Source: Pristiophorus japonicus (Eukaryota). Taken from it: a stretch of 64,000 bases of DNA. The notes under the pieces were generated by a model, which was not told the origin of the DNA, made no database searches, and saw nothing but the letters and a program-made list of their open reading frames with translations. The position numbers and the translations under genes are program-made. Shown in pieces: positions 40,293 through 50,897 of this stretch (position 1 is the first letter of the stretch; each line of letters starts with the position of its first letter). The DNA lies in NCBI RefSeq assembly GCF_044704955.1, contig NC_091985.1, positions 203,980,001 to 204,044,000 on the forward strand, read 5' to 3'.

Positions 40293-41070
40293 TTACTAGA
40301 ATTCTTTGAGGATATAACGAGCATGGTGGATAGAGGTGTACCAATAGATGTGGTGTATTTAGATTTCCAAAAGGCATTCGATTAGGTGCCACACAAAAGG
40401 TTACTGCAGAAGATAGAGGTACGCGGAGTCAGAGGAAATGTATTAGCTTGGATAGAGAATTGGCTGGCGAACAGAAAGCAGAGAGTCGGGATAAATGGGT
40501 CCTTTTCGGGTTGGAAATCGGTGGTTAGTGGTGTGCCACAGGGATCGGTGCTGGAACCACAACTGTTTACAATATACATAGATGACCTGGAAGAGGGGAC
40601 AGAGTGTAGAGTAACAAAATTTGCAGATGACACTAAGATTAGTGGGAAAGCGGGTTGTGTAGAGGACACAGAGAGGCTGCAAAGAGATTTGGATAGGTTA
40701 AGCGAATGGGCGAAGGTTTGGCAGATGGAATACAATGTCAGAAAGTGTGAGGTTATCCACCTTGGGAAAAAAACAGTAAAAGGGAATATTATTTGAATGG
40801 GGAGAAATTACAAAATTACAACATGCTGTGGTGCAGAGGGACATGGGGGTCCTTGTGCATGAATCCCAAAAAGTTAGTTTGCAGGCGCAGCAGGTAATCA
40901 GGAAGGCGAATGGAATGTTGGCCTTCATTGCGAGAGGGATGGAGTACAAAAGCAGGGAGGTCCTGCTGCAACTGTATAGGGTATTGGTGAGGCCGCACCT
41001 GGAGTACTGCGTGCAGTTTTGGTCACCTTACTTAAGGAAGGATATACTGGCTTTGGAGGGGGTACAGAGA
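40293..41070 (+). mobile_element. CR1 RT fragment (family B), near-identical to 44066-44629
   Basis: [10 protein letters not shown] and FADD motifs; spans the un-inserted version of the Tx1 target (GTCCTTGTGCATGAA|TCCC at ~40849-40867). Confidence 0.9.
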
Positions 41071-44000
41071 TAAAAAGAGTACAAAAGGCCCAACGCGGCG
41101 GCAGTCGGGAGCAGCGTGTGGAGGTGCGTAGAGGCGCGTGAGTTCCGGGGTTGGCGAGAGGCTTGCAAAAGGCCCAGCCGGTGCAGCTATAGGGAGAAGG
41201 CAAAAAAGAAGTAGAAAGAAACAGAAAGGTGATGTCACAGCCAAGGGGGTAAGTGATTGGCTGGTGATTGGTGAGTAGGTTTTCTTTTTTCTCTTCTATA
41301 ACAGTAAGTAAACTTTAGCATTGTTGTTGCCTATCTAAGGGTTAAGTCATGGCAGGAGAGCTCGGTCATGTGTTATGCTCCTCCTGTACCATGTGGGAAC
41401 TCAGGGACGCCTCCAGTGTCCCTGACAACTACGTGTGCGGGAAGTGTATCCGCCTCCAGCTCCTGACAGACCGCATTGCGTAGTTGGAGCTGAGGATGGA
41501 TTCACTCTGGAGCATCCACGATGCTGAGAATGACGTGAATAGCACGTTTAGTGAGTTGGTCATACCGCAGGTGAAGGGACAACAGCCAGCTAGGGAATGG
41601 AAGACCAGCAGGAAGAGCAGTGCAAGGAAGGTAGTGCAAGGGTCCCCTGTGGTCATGCCTCTGCAAAACAGATACACCGTTTTGAGTACTGTTTAGGGGG
41701 ATGACTCATCAGGGGAGGGCAGCAGCAGCCAAGTTCATGGCACCATGGCTACCTCTGTTGCACAGGAGGGCAGGAAAAAGAGTGGGAGAGCGATAGTGAT
41801 AGGGGATTCGATAGTAAGTGGAATAGATAGGCGTTTCTGCGGTCGCAACTGAGACTCCAGGATGGTATGTTGCCTCCCTGGTGCAAGGGTTAAGGATGTC
41901 TCGGAGCGGGTGCAGGACATTCTGAAAAGGGAGGGTGAACAGCCAGTTGTCGTGGTGCACATTGGTACCAACGATATAGGTAAAAAAAGGGATGAGGTCC
42001 TACGACATGAATTTAAGGAGCTAGGAGCTAAATTAAAACATAGGACCTCAAAAGTAGTAATCTCGGGATTGCTACCAGTGCCACGTGCGAGTCAGAGTAG
42101 GAATCGCAGGATAGCTCAGATGAATACGTGGCTTGAGCAGTGGTGCAGCAGGGAGGGATTCAAATTCCTGGGGCATTGGAACCGGTTCTGGGGGAGGTGG
42201 GACCAGTACAAACCGGACGGTCTGCACCGAGGCAGGACCGGAACCAATGTCCGAGGGGGAGTGTTTGCTAGTGCTGTTGGGGAGGAGTTAAACTAATGTG
42301 GCAGGGGGATGGGAACCAATGCAAGGAGACAGAGGGAAACAAAAAGGAGACAAAAGCAAAAGACAGAAAGGAGATGAGTAAAAGTGGAGGACAGAGAAAC
42401 CCAAAGCAAAAAACAAAAAGGGCCACTGAATGTAAAGGGGCTGCAGGAGGGGTCAAAACTAAAAATCATGGATTAAAAACTAGTATTAAAACATCGAAAT
42501 AAAGTAAATGAGTTGACGGCACAAATCATTACAAATGGGTATGATTTGGTGGCCATTACAGAAACGTGGTTGCAGGGTGGCCAAGACTGGGAATTAAACA
42601 TACAGGGGTATCTGACGATTCGGAAAGATAGACAAGAAGGTGGGGTAGCTCTGTTAATAAAGGATGATATCAGGGCAGTTGTGAGAGACGATATTGGCTC
42701 TAATGAACAAAATGTTGAATCGTTGTGGGTGGAGATTAGAGATAGTAAGGGGAAAAAGTCACTGGTGGGCGTAGTTTATGGGCCCCCAAATAATAACTTC
42801 ATGGTGGGGCGGGCAATAATCAAGGAAATAATGGAGGCATGTGAAAAAGGAACGGCAGTAATCATGGGGGATTTTAACCTACATATCGATTGGTCTGATC
42901 AAATCGCACGGGGTAGCCTGGAGGAGGAATTCATAGAATGCATACGGGATTGTTTCTTAGAACCAGTATGTTACAGAACACTATCTTAGATCTGGTCCTC
43001 TGTAATGAGACAGGAATAATAAACGATCTCCTAGTAAAAGATCCTCTCGGAATGAGTGATCACAGTATGGTTGAATTTGTAATACAGATTAAGGGTGAGG
43101 AAGTAGTGTCTCAAACGAGCATACTATGCTTAAACAAAGGGGACTACAGTGGGATGAGGGCAGAGTTGGCTAAAGTAGACTGGAAACACAGACTAAACGG
43201 TGGCACAATTGAGGAACAGTGGAGGACTTTTAAGGAGCTCTTTCATAGTGCTCAACAAAAATATATTCCAATGAAAAAGAATGGCGGTAAGAGAAGGGAT
43301 AACCAGCCGTGGATAACCAGGGAAATTAAGGAGAGTATCAAATTAAAAACCAATGCGAATAAGGTGCCAAGGTTAGTGGGAAAATAGAAGATTGGGAAAA
43401 TTTTAAACGACAGCAAAGAATGACTAAAAGAGCAATAAAGGGATAGATTACGAAGGTAAACTTGCGCAAAACATAAAAACGGATAGTAAAAGCTTTTACA
43501 GATATATAAAACGGAAAAGAGTGACTAAAGTAAATGTTTGTCCCTTAGAAGATGAGAAGGGGGATTTAATAATGGCAAATGTGGAAATGGCTGAGACCTT
43601 AAACATTATTTTGCTTCGGTCTTCACAGTGGAAGACACAGAAACCATGCCAGAAATTGCTGGTCACAGGAATGTGGGAAGGGAGGACCTGGAGACAATCA
43701 CTATCACTAGGGGGGTAGTGCTGGACAGGCTAATGGGACTCAAGGTAGACAAGTCCCCTGGTTCTGATGAAATACATCCCAGGGTATTAAAAGAGATGGC
43801 GGAAGTTATAGCAGATGGATTCTACCAAAATTCTCTGGACTCTGGGGAGGTACCAGCGGATTGGAAAGCAGCTAATGTAATGCCTCTGTTTAAAAAAAGT
43901 GGGCACACAAAAGGCAGGTAACTATAGGCCGGTTAGTTTAACATCTGTAGTGGGGAAAATGCTTGAAACTACACTAAGGAAGAAATAGCGGGACATCTAG

Positions 44001-44629
44001 ATCGGAATAGTGCAATCAAGCAGACGCAGCATGGATTAATGAAGGGGAAATCATGTTTAACTAATTTACTGGAATTCTTTGAGGATATAACGAGCATGGT
44101 GGATAGAGGTGTACCGATGGATGTGGTGTATTTAGATTTCCAAAAGGCATTCGATAAGGTGCCACACAAAAGGTTACTGCAGAAGATAAAGGTATGCGGG
44201 GTCAGTGGAAATGTATTAGCATGGATAGAGAATTGGCTGGCTAACAGAAAGCAGAGAGTCGGGATAAATGGGTCCTTTTCGGGTTGGAAATCGGTGGTTA
44301 GTGGTGTGCCACAGGGATCGGTGCTGGGACCACAACTGTTTACAATATACATAGATGACCTGGAAGAGGGGACAGAGTGTTGTGTAACAACATTTGCAGA
44401 TGACACAAAGATTAGTGGGAAAGCGGGTTGTGTAGAGGACACAGAGAGGCTGCAAAGAGATTTAGATAGGTTAAGTGAATGGGCTAAGGTTTGGCAGATG
44501 GAATACAATGTCGGAAAGTGTGAGGTCATCCACCTTGGGAAACAAAACAAAAAAAGGGAATACTATTTGAATGGGGAGAAATTACAACATGTTGCGGTGC
44601 AGAGGGAGCTGGGGGTCCTTGTGCATGAA
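41071..44629 (+). mobile_element. CR1 with 5' UTR, ORF1 (zinc finger and esterase) and ORF2, interrupted by the Tx1 array
   Basis: ATG at 41349 gives MAGELGHVLCSSC...CGKC; GDSIV and HIGTND esterase motifs; APE AITETWL; RT FADD; breaks at GVLVHE. Confidence 0.92.
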
Positions 44630-44871
44630 ACTCTTTTGAGTTTACCTGCGAAAACATAAACATTAAAGAGTGCCACCCGACCTGGGTGACACTCCAGACA
44701 TTTACAAGGCCCTTTTTTTCCCCCCCTTTTTTTTGTTTTTTTTTGTGTTTTTCTTTTTTTGGTTTTTTTTTTGGGCACTAAAATCACAATTTTTCCCCAG
44801 TGCCCCCTATAAAAGGGAAGGGGACACTAAAAGCACCGGCAATTAAAACAAATTAACTTTAAAACGTAAAA

Positions 44872-47800
44872 TCAAATTAAAATTTGGTTGCCGGGCGTGA
44901 TGATGCACTCCAGTCCCTCCGGTGCCCACCTCTCGCGGAAGGCCGCGAGCGTACCGGTGGACACCGCGTGCTCCATCTCCAAGGACACCCTGGACTGGAT
45001 GTAAGAGCGGAAGAGAGGCAGGCAGTCAGGTTGAACGACCCCCTCGACCGCCCGCTGCCTGGACCGGCTGATGGCACCCTTGGCCGTGCCCAGGAGCAGT
45101 CCTACGAGGAGGCCTTCGGACCTACCCGCTCCCCTCCGCACAGGGTGCCCAAAGATCAGGAGAGTGGGACTGAAGTGCAGCCAGAATTTCAGGAGCAGCC
45201 CCTTCAAATAATGGAACAGGGGCTGCAACCTTGTGCATTCCATAAAAACATGGAACACGGACTCCTCCAGACCGCAGAAATTGCAGGCGGCCTGGGAGTC
45301 CGTGAACCGGCTTAAAAATTTGTTGCACGGCACTGCTCCGTGCACCACCCTCCAGGCCAAGTCCCCGATGAATAGTGGGAGGACCCCTGCGTAGAGTGCC
45401 CTCCATCGGGGACCCCCGCCTCCTCCGGACGGCAAGATGGTACGCCATGGCGTGTCCGGACGGCCGGCGAGGATGGCAAAGTTGAGGGTGTGCAGGAGCA
45501 GCCCGTACAGGAAACCCCTCCGTGCGGAACTGAAAGGCACGGAGGGGATTTCCCCGAGGCGGCTCAAGTTGTGAGGCGCCGGCCCCCGAGGGAGGTTCCG
45601 GAGTTTGGCGCCGATGAGGAATTCCGTCCGGACGGGGGTCAGTTCGGACGGGATCTCCCCACGTGCTTGAGCCTCCTCGATGCACCTAACGGAGTCAGGG
45701 CCCAGAGCTGTTTTTAGCGACTCGATGGCATCGGCCGCGTGGCGGACGTTGGCAGAGTTTAGGCGCCGCGCCAGCGTGTCTGGCGCCATCCAGCCCGCTC
45801 CTCCGCCATCGAGCAGGTCCCTGACCCTGGTCACCTCACCAGCCACAGCCCTCTCTTCCGACCGCCACATGAAGCCTCGGCCGTGGAGGTACGGATTCCC
45901 GAGCAGCGGCTCCTGCAGGACGGCCGCCACTCCAGCCGGCGGAGAGCTGCGCTTGGTGGAGACTTTGTTCCAGACCCTGATGAGTTCCCTGTAAAAGACA
46001 GGCAGCTCCCGGAGGGCGGTCCTGGCACCCCCCAAGTTCACAAACAGGAGCTGCGTGTCATAATTGAGGTCGAGCTGCTGGCGGAAGAAATACCTCGCCA
46101 GAGCGCACCACCTAGGAGGGGGCTCGACGTAAAGGTATCTCTGCAGGGTCTGAAGACGGAAAGTCGCGAGCTGGGCGCTGACGCACACCAACGACTGACC
46201 GCCCTCCTCAAGCGGGAGACTCAAGACCGCGGCAGAGACCCAGTGCTTCCTGTTGTTCCAGAAGAAGTCCACCAGCTTCTTCTGTATCTTGGCGACAAAC
46301 GCAGGGGGAGGGGTCAAAGTGACCAGCCGGTACCACAGCATTGCGGCCACCAGCTGGTTTATGACTAGCGCTCGACCCCTGTAGGACAGCACTCGGAGCA
46401 GTCCTGTCCAGCGCCCTAGGCGAGCGGCGACCTTGGCCTCCAGCTCCTGCCAGTTCGCCGGCCAGGCTCCCTCGTCGGGGCTAAGGTAGACTCCCAGATA
46501 GAGGAGATGGGTCGTGCTCCAGGCAAAAGGCCTGAGCTCCTCCGGCAGGGAGTCCACCCGCCACTGACCCACCAGGAGTCCGGAACATTTCTCCCAGTTG
46601 ATCCTGGCGGAGGACGCGGCCGAGTAAATCTCCTGGCACTCACGCATCCTCCGCAGGTCAGCGGGATCCTCTATCGCGAGGAGCACGTCATCGGCGTAAG
46701 CCGAGAGGACGACCTCCACGCCCGGCCCTTGCAGAGCCAGTCCCGTCAACCTCGTCCGCAAGAGGCGCAGGAAAGGCTCCACGCAAACGGCGTATAACTG
46801 GCCGGACATGGGGCATCCCTGGCGCACCCCTCTCCTAAAGCGAAGGGGCGCCGTCAAGTACCCGTTAACCTTAATCAGACACTCCGCGGCGGCGTACAAA
46901 AGTCGGATCCGGGCGACGAAATGCGTCCCGAACCCGAAAGCGCGCAGAGTTCCGAGCAGATAGTCGTGATCCACCCTGTCGAACGCCTTCTCTTGGTCGA
47001 GGGATAGGAAGGCGACCGACAGACCAGCCTCCTGGGAACAATGGATGAGGTCCCGGACCAGATGGATGTTATCGTGGATTGTCCGGCCCGGGACCGTGTA
47101 GGACTGGTCGGGGTGGATCATGTGGTCCAGCACGGCACCAAGGCGAGCAGACATCGCCCTGGCGAAGATTTTGTAGTCCGTGCTGAGGAGGGAGACCGGG
47201 CGCCAGTTCTTAAGGAGGCGGAGATCGCCCTTCTTAGGCAGCAGGACGATGACTGCCCTGCGCCAAGAGAGGGGCATCTCCCCGGTCGCCAGACTTTCCC
47301 CCAGGACCCGCGCGTAGTCGCCCCCCAGGACGTCCCAGAACGCCCTGTGGAACTCCACGGTCAGCCCGTCCAGCCCCGGGGATTTTCCCCTCGAGAGCCG
47401 GGCGAGGGCACCGGTCAGCTCCGCCAGGCTTAGCGGAGCTTCCAGATTTTCGGCGCCCTCCGGGCCGACCTTCGGCAGGTCCTCCCACAAAACTCTACGC
47501 GCTTCCTCGCTGGACGGATCCGGAGAGAACAGAGCCCCGTAATATTCACGGACCCTGTTGTTGACGCCCTCCGGATCCGAGACGAGAGAGCCGTCGTCGG
47601 CCAGCAGCGTCAAGAGCTGCTTACGGACACTCTGCCTTTTTTCCAGCGAGTAGAAGAAGGGGGAGCCGCGGTCCAGATCCCGCAGGAACCGGATCCGCGA
47701 CCTCACGAACGCGCCTCGGGACCCGACGAGCTGCAGGTCCTTCAGCGCGGCCTTCTTCGCTTCGTACACCGTCCGCAGGGCCGGGTCCTGGACGACTTGA

Positions 47801-48771
47801 CCGAGACGGCCTTCCAGGTCGAGCACCTCTTTTTCTAGGCGCCCGACTCTGGCCGCCCGCCTCTTGGTCGACCCCCTCGCGTACTCTTGACAGAAGACGC
47901 GGACGTGAGCCTTGCCCACGTCCCACCATAGCCTCAAGGAGGGGAAGCCCCCCTGCTTCCTTCTCCAGTCGGACCAGAATCGACGGAACGAGTCCTGGAA
48001 CCGCACGTCCTCCAGCAGCCGGTTGTTAAAGTGCCAGTACGCGGACCCCGTCCTCGCGCGGAGCGAAGCGAGCTCCGCCCACACCAGGTGGTGGTCCGAA
48101 CACGGCACCGGCCGCATGGAGGCCGCCGGGACGCAGGAAACGTACGCCCGAGACACGTAAAGGCGGTCGACTCTAGACCATCCAACTCCAGGCCTCACCC
48201 AAGTAAAGGCGCTGGAGTCGGGGTGGAGATTTCGCCAGACGTCCACCAAGTCGAAGGACCCGACCAGGTCCCTCAACTTCTCCATCGCCGTCATGCACTG
48301 CGGGGCACCGGAGCGGTCCCTCGCCTCGAGGGTGCAGTTAAAATCCCCCCCGAGGACAATGCAGTCGCCGACGTCGACGGAGCCAAGAAGAGCGGACACC
48401 TCTTCAAAGAAGCGCGTTTGCTGCGGGCCGGGATGAGGGGCGTACACGTTCACGAGATGGAGCGGCACGTCCCCCAGGCGAACCGTTACGTGCAGCAAGC
48501 GGCCTGGCACGGGCTCCTCGACCCCCAAGATCTCCGGCTGAAAATGCGGGCCCAGCAAGATGGCCACCCCACTAGAAATGGCGGTGAGGTGGCTCATGCG
48601 GACCTCTCCTTGCCATTCCAGGAGCCACGTGGCTTCGTCTCCCGGAACGGTGTGGGTTTCTTGCAGGAAGCACACCGCATATTTCCCCTCCCGCAGGAGC
48701 GAAAAATTGTCAAATCTACGGCGTGCCCCTCTGCCGCCGTTGATGTTGAGGCTGGCTATGGTTATCTTCAT
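44872..48771 (-). CDS. Tx1 ORF2p, unit 1 (intact, 1299 aa from the ATG)
   Basis: APE SLNING / LQETH / GDFN / SDH; RT KSPGLDG / QGCPMS / YADD; C-terminal CNFC...H...C. Confidence 0.95.
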   Translation of the reverse strand: MKITIASLNINGGRGARRRFDNFSLLREGKYAVCFLQETHTVPGDEATWLLEWQGEVRMSHLTAISSGVAILLGPHFQPEILGVEEPVPGRLLHVTVRLGDVPLHLVNVYAPHPGPQQTRFFEEVSALLGSVDVGDCIVLGGDFNCTLEARDRSGAPQCMTAMEKLRDLVGSFDLVDVWRNLHPDSSAFTWVRPGVGWSRVDRLYVSRAYVSCVPAASMRPVPCSDHHLVWAELASLRARTGSAYWHFNNRLLEDVRFQDSFRRFWSDWRRKQGGFPSLRLWWDVGKAHVRVFCQEYARGSTKRRAARVGRLEKEVLDLEGRLGQVVQDPALRTVYEAKKAALKDLQLVGSRGAFVRSRIRFLRDLDRGSPFFYSLEKRQSVRKQLLTLLADDGSLVSDPEGVNNRVREYYGALFSPDPSSEEARRVLWEDLPKVGPEGAENLEAPLSLAELTGALARLSRGKSPGLDGLTVEFHRAFWDVLGGDYARVLGESLATGEMPLSWRRAVIVLLPKKGDLRLLKNWRPVSLLSTDYKIFARAMSARLGAVLDHMIHPDQSYTVPGRTIHDNIHLVRDLIHCSQEAGLSVAFLSLDQEKAFDRVDHDYLLGTLRAFGFGTHFVARIRLLYAAAECLIKVNGYLTAPLRFRRGVRQGCPMSGQLYAVCVEPFLRLLRTRLTGLALQGPGVEVVLSAYADDVLLAIEDPADLRRMRECQEIYSAASSARINWEKCSGLLVGQWRVDSLPEELRPFAWSTTHLLYLGVYLSPDEGAWPANWQELEAKVAARLGRWTGLLRVLSYRGRALVINQLVAAMLWYRLVTLTPPPAFVAKIQKKLVDFFWNNRKHWVSAAVLSLPLEEGGQSLVCVSAQLATFRLQTLQRYLYVEPPPRWCALARYFFRQQLDLNYDTQLLFVNLGGARTALRELPVFYRELIRVWNKVSTKRSSPPAGVAAVLQEPLLGNPYLHGRGFMWRSEERAVAGEVTRVRDLLDGGGAGWMAPDTLARRLNSANVRHAADAIESLKTALGPDSVRCIEEAQARGEIPSELTPVRTEFLIGAKLRNLPRGPAPHNLSRLGEIPSVPFSSARRGFLYGLLLHTLNFAILAGRPDTPWRTILPSGGGGGPRWRALYAGVLPLFIGDLAWRVVHGAVPCNKFLSRFTDSQAACNFCGLEESVFHVFMECTRLQPLFHYLKGLLLKFWLHFSPTLLIFGHPVRRGAGRSEGLLVGLLLGTAKGAISRSRQRAVEGVVQPDCLPLFRSYIQSRVSLEMEHAVSTGTLAAFRERWAPEGLECIITPGNQILI

Positions 48772-48797
48772 GGCAAAAGCATAGTGCAACCTCTACC

Positions 48798-50897
48798 TTA
48801 ACCTATTGTGGGGGAGGGAGCGGAGTCTTTTGTTGAACTCCGCTCCCTCCGCAGCCCAGCGAGGAGTCCCTCGAGCTCGCGCAGCTCAAGGTGCTGCTCC
48901 TTTGTCAAGGGCCCGCCCGCGGCCAAGGTTTTAACGGCGGCGCGGACGGACCCCTTGATCAGCTCCGGCTCGGACCATTTATCCAGGGCCAGTCGGGCTT
49001 GGTCGCGGCGACCCCGGCTCTGGGCCAAAAAGTCCCGGAGTTCCTTTGCAGGAACGAGGAGGGCCTCAGCGGCGGCCGCGAGCAGATCCACCGCCTCGCT
49101 GGCGGTGGTCTCTAGGTCTTCACCCGCGTCCCCCACCGAGTCCCTGTCCTCCTCCGGGAGGTGGCCGCCAGCAGCCGGCCCATCGACCGCACAAGGTACG
49201 GCAAATGAACCGGCCGCTCCAACCGGCCCTGGCACTGCCCCGATCCCACCCCCAGGATCGTCGGCAGAGGAGTCCCCACTGGGCTCTTTTAAAAATGGTG
49301 CTGGGTCGGGAAATGACAGCGGAAGGGGTTCCCCCTCCGCCCCAGGAACCGGAGAACAAGGAGAGACCCGGCCATAGGAAATCCCCAGGCCCTCCAAGTG
49401 CTCCAGCTCCAAAGTAAGGGGCGAGGGTGGGTGTTCCTCCCCCTCCCCGCTGCCACCCCCCGGCCCAGCGTCTACAGTTTCATTAAAATCAATATATTTT
49501 GTTTCTGCCGGGTCGAGCAACTCCCGGGGGAAGTTGGGTAATAGCTGGGCGGGCTCAGGTTCGGCCTTTTCGGCCTCGCCCGCCTCAGTCCCCCGGACGC
49601 CCGGCCCGGCGGCTACGCATTCCTCCGCGGTCCCCACGCCCCCCACGACAGGCAGATCTTCCACTCCATCCCCGGGAGGCAGAGGCTGGGCAGCCTCAAC
49701 TGTCTCACCCTCCCCGGGGAAAGACTCCTCGCGCCTGCAGCGCAATTTGGGGGCGCTGGTGGGGGACGCGGGACACGCGGCGGGCACCGCCTCCTCCGCG
49801 GAGGGATGTTGTTCCCCCTCCGCCTCATTGGGGCGGTGCCTCTTTTTGTTCCTGGGGGCGCGCGGAGTCAGGGAGACCTCCATGTCTGCCGAGGCCTCCC
49901 GCTCCGCCCCCCCCTTTTCCTTTTCTTGCCCGCGCCTGGGCCCCTCTGTGGTGGTATTCAAGGGCCCGGGCACGGGCTCGGGGCACCCCGCGCTCGCCGG
50001 TGACTGGGTTGGGCTGAGCGCGGTGGTCAGACTTTCCGGCGCACCGAGGGGACCCGCCTCTAGATGTTTCTCCTTCTTCCGCGCCTTCTTTCCGCTCGGA
50101 CGCTCTCCCTCCCCCCCGCCGGAGGCCCTGAAAACAAAGGCCTCCGACGATGCCCGCGCACCCATGGCTCCCGGCACGCGGACGCAACTAGGGGGAGGGG
50201 TGGCGGCAGCGCCAGCCTTGGCCGCCTTCGGTGGTTTGGCGGCCTTGGAGGCGGGGCAGTTCTTACGAACATGCCCCACCTCCCTGCAGGCATGGCACCG
50301 CACGCCGTCCGACGTCCAGAAGACGCGGTAGGCAGTCCCCTCGTGCACCACATTAAAGTGCCCTTCTGTCACGTCCTCCCGCGCCAGCCGGACAAAGAGC
50401 TGGCGGCGGAAGGAGAACACGTGGCGCAGGCTGTTCTCCCTGAGGCCGAGCGGTATGGGGTTGATCCCTGACCTTACCTCCCCCAGTTGTTGTAGGTGAG
50501 GGAGGAGGAGCTCAGCGGGAACAAAGGGCGGGACGTTCGACACGATGACCCTCTGCGTGGTGGCCTCGAGAGGATCCACCGGCAGGAACGTCCCGCCCAC
50601 CGTGAGCCCCTTTTCGAGGGCCAGGGACACCGCCCGCTCCGACCCCAGGAAGAAAACAGCCTTCCCAGACATCTTGGAGGCTGCGACAATGGCCTAGGGG
50701 CCGACTACCCCAGCCATCGCCCGCACGCACTCCTCGATGCTCATTGTGGGGTGAGTGTAGCTCTTGACCCCGTGTTTTTTTGTTATAAGTGTAAATGGTG
50801 GCAGGGCAGCGGGTGGCGCAGGAGGTGCTGTGGAAGCGGTTGCCACCTGCGCATACGTCCTTGCTGGCCCTGCCACCGGCGTGGATGGGGTCGCCAT
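48798..50897 (-). pseudogene. Tx1 ORF1, unit 1, with a nonsense codon
   Basis: TCG>TAG at 50694-50696 relative to unit 2; CHACREVGHVRKNC knuckle retained; a downstream ATG at 50672 could give a 624-aa product. Confidence 0.88.

Noticed and set aside
44628-44643. Tx1 terminus as a captured histone stem-loop or HDE (AAACTCTTTTGAGTTT; AAAAGAGTT)
   Set aside because: It lacks the GG/CC base pairs and flanks needed for SLBP binding, the U-loop form is on the non-transcribed strand, and the sister family does not keep it; probably coincidental.
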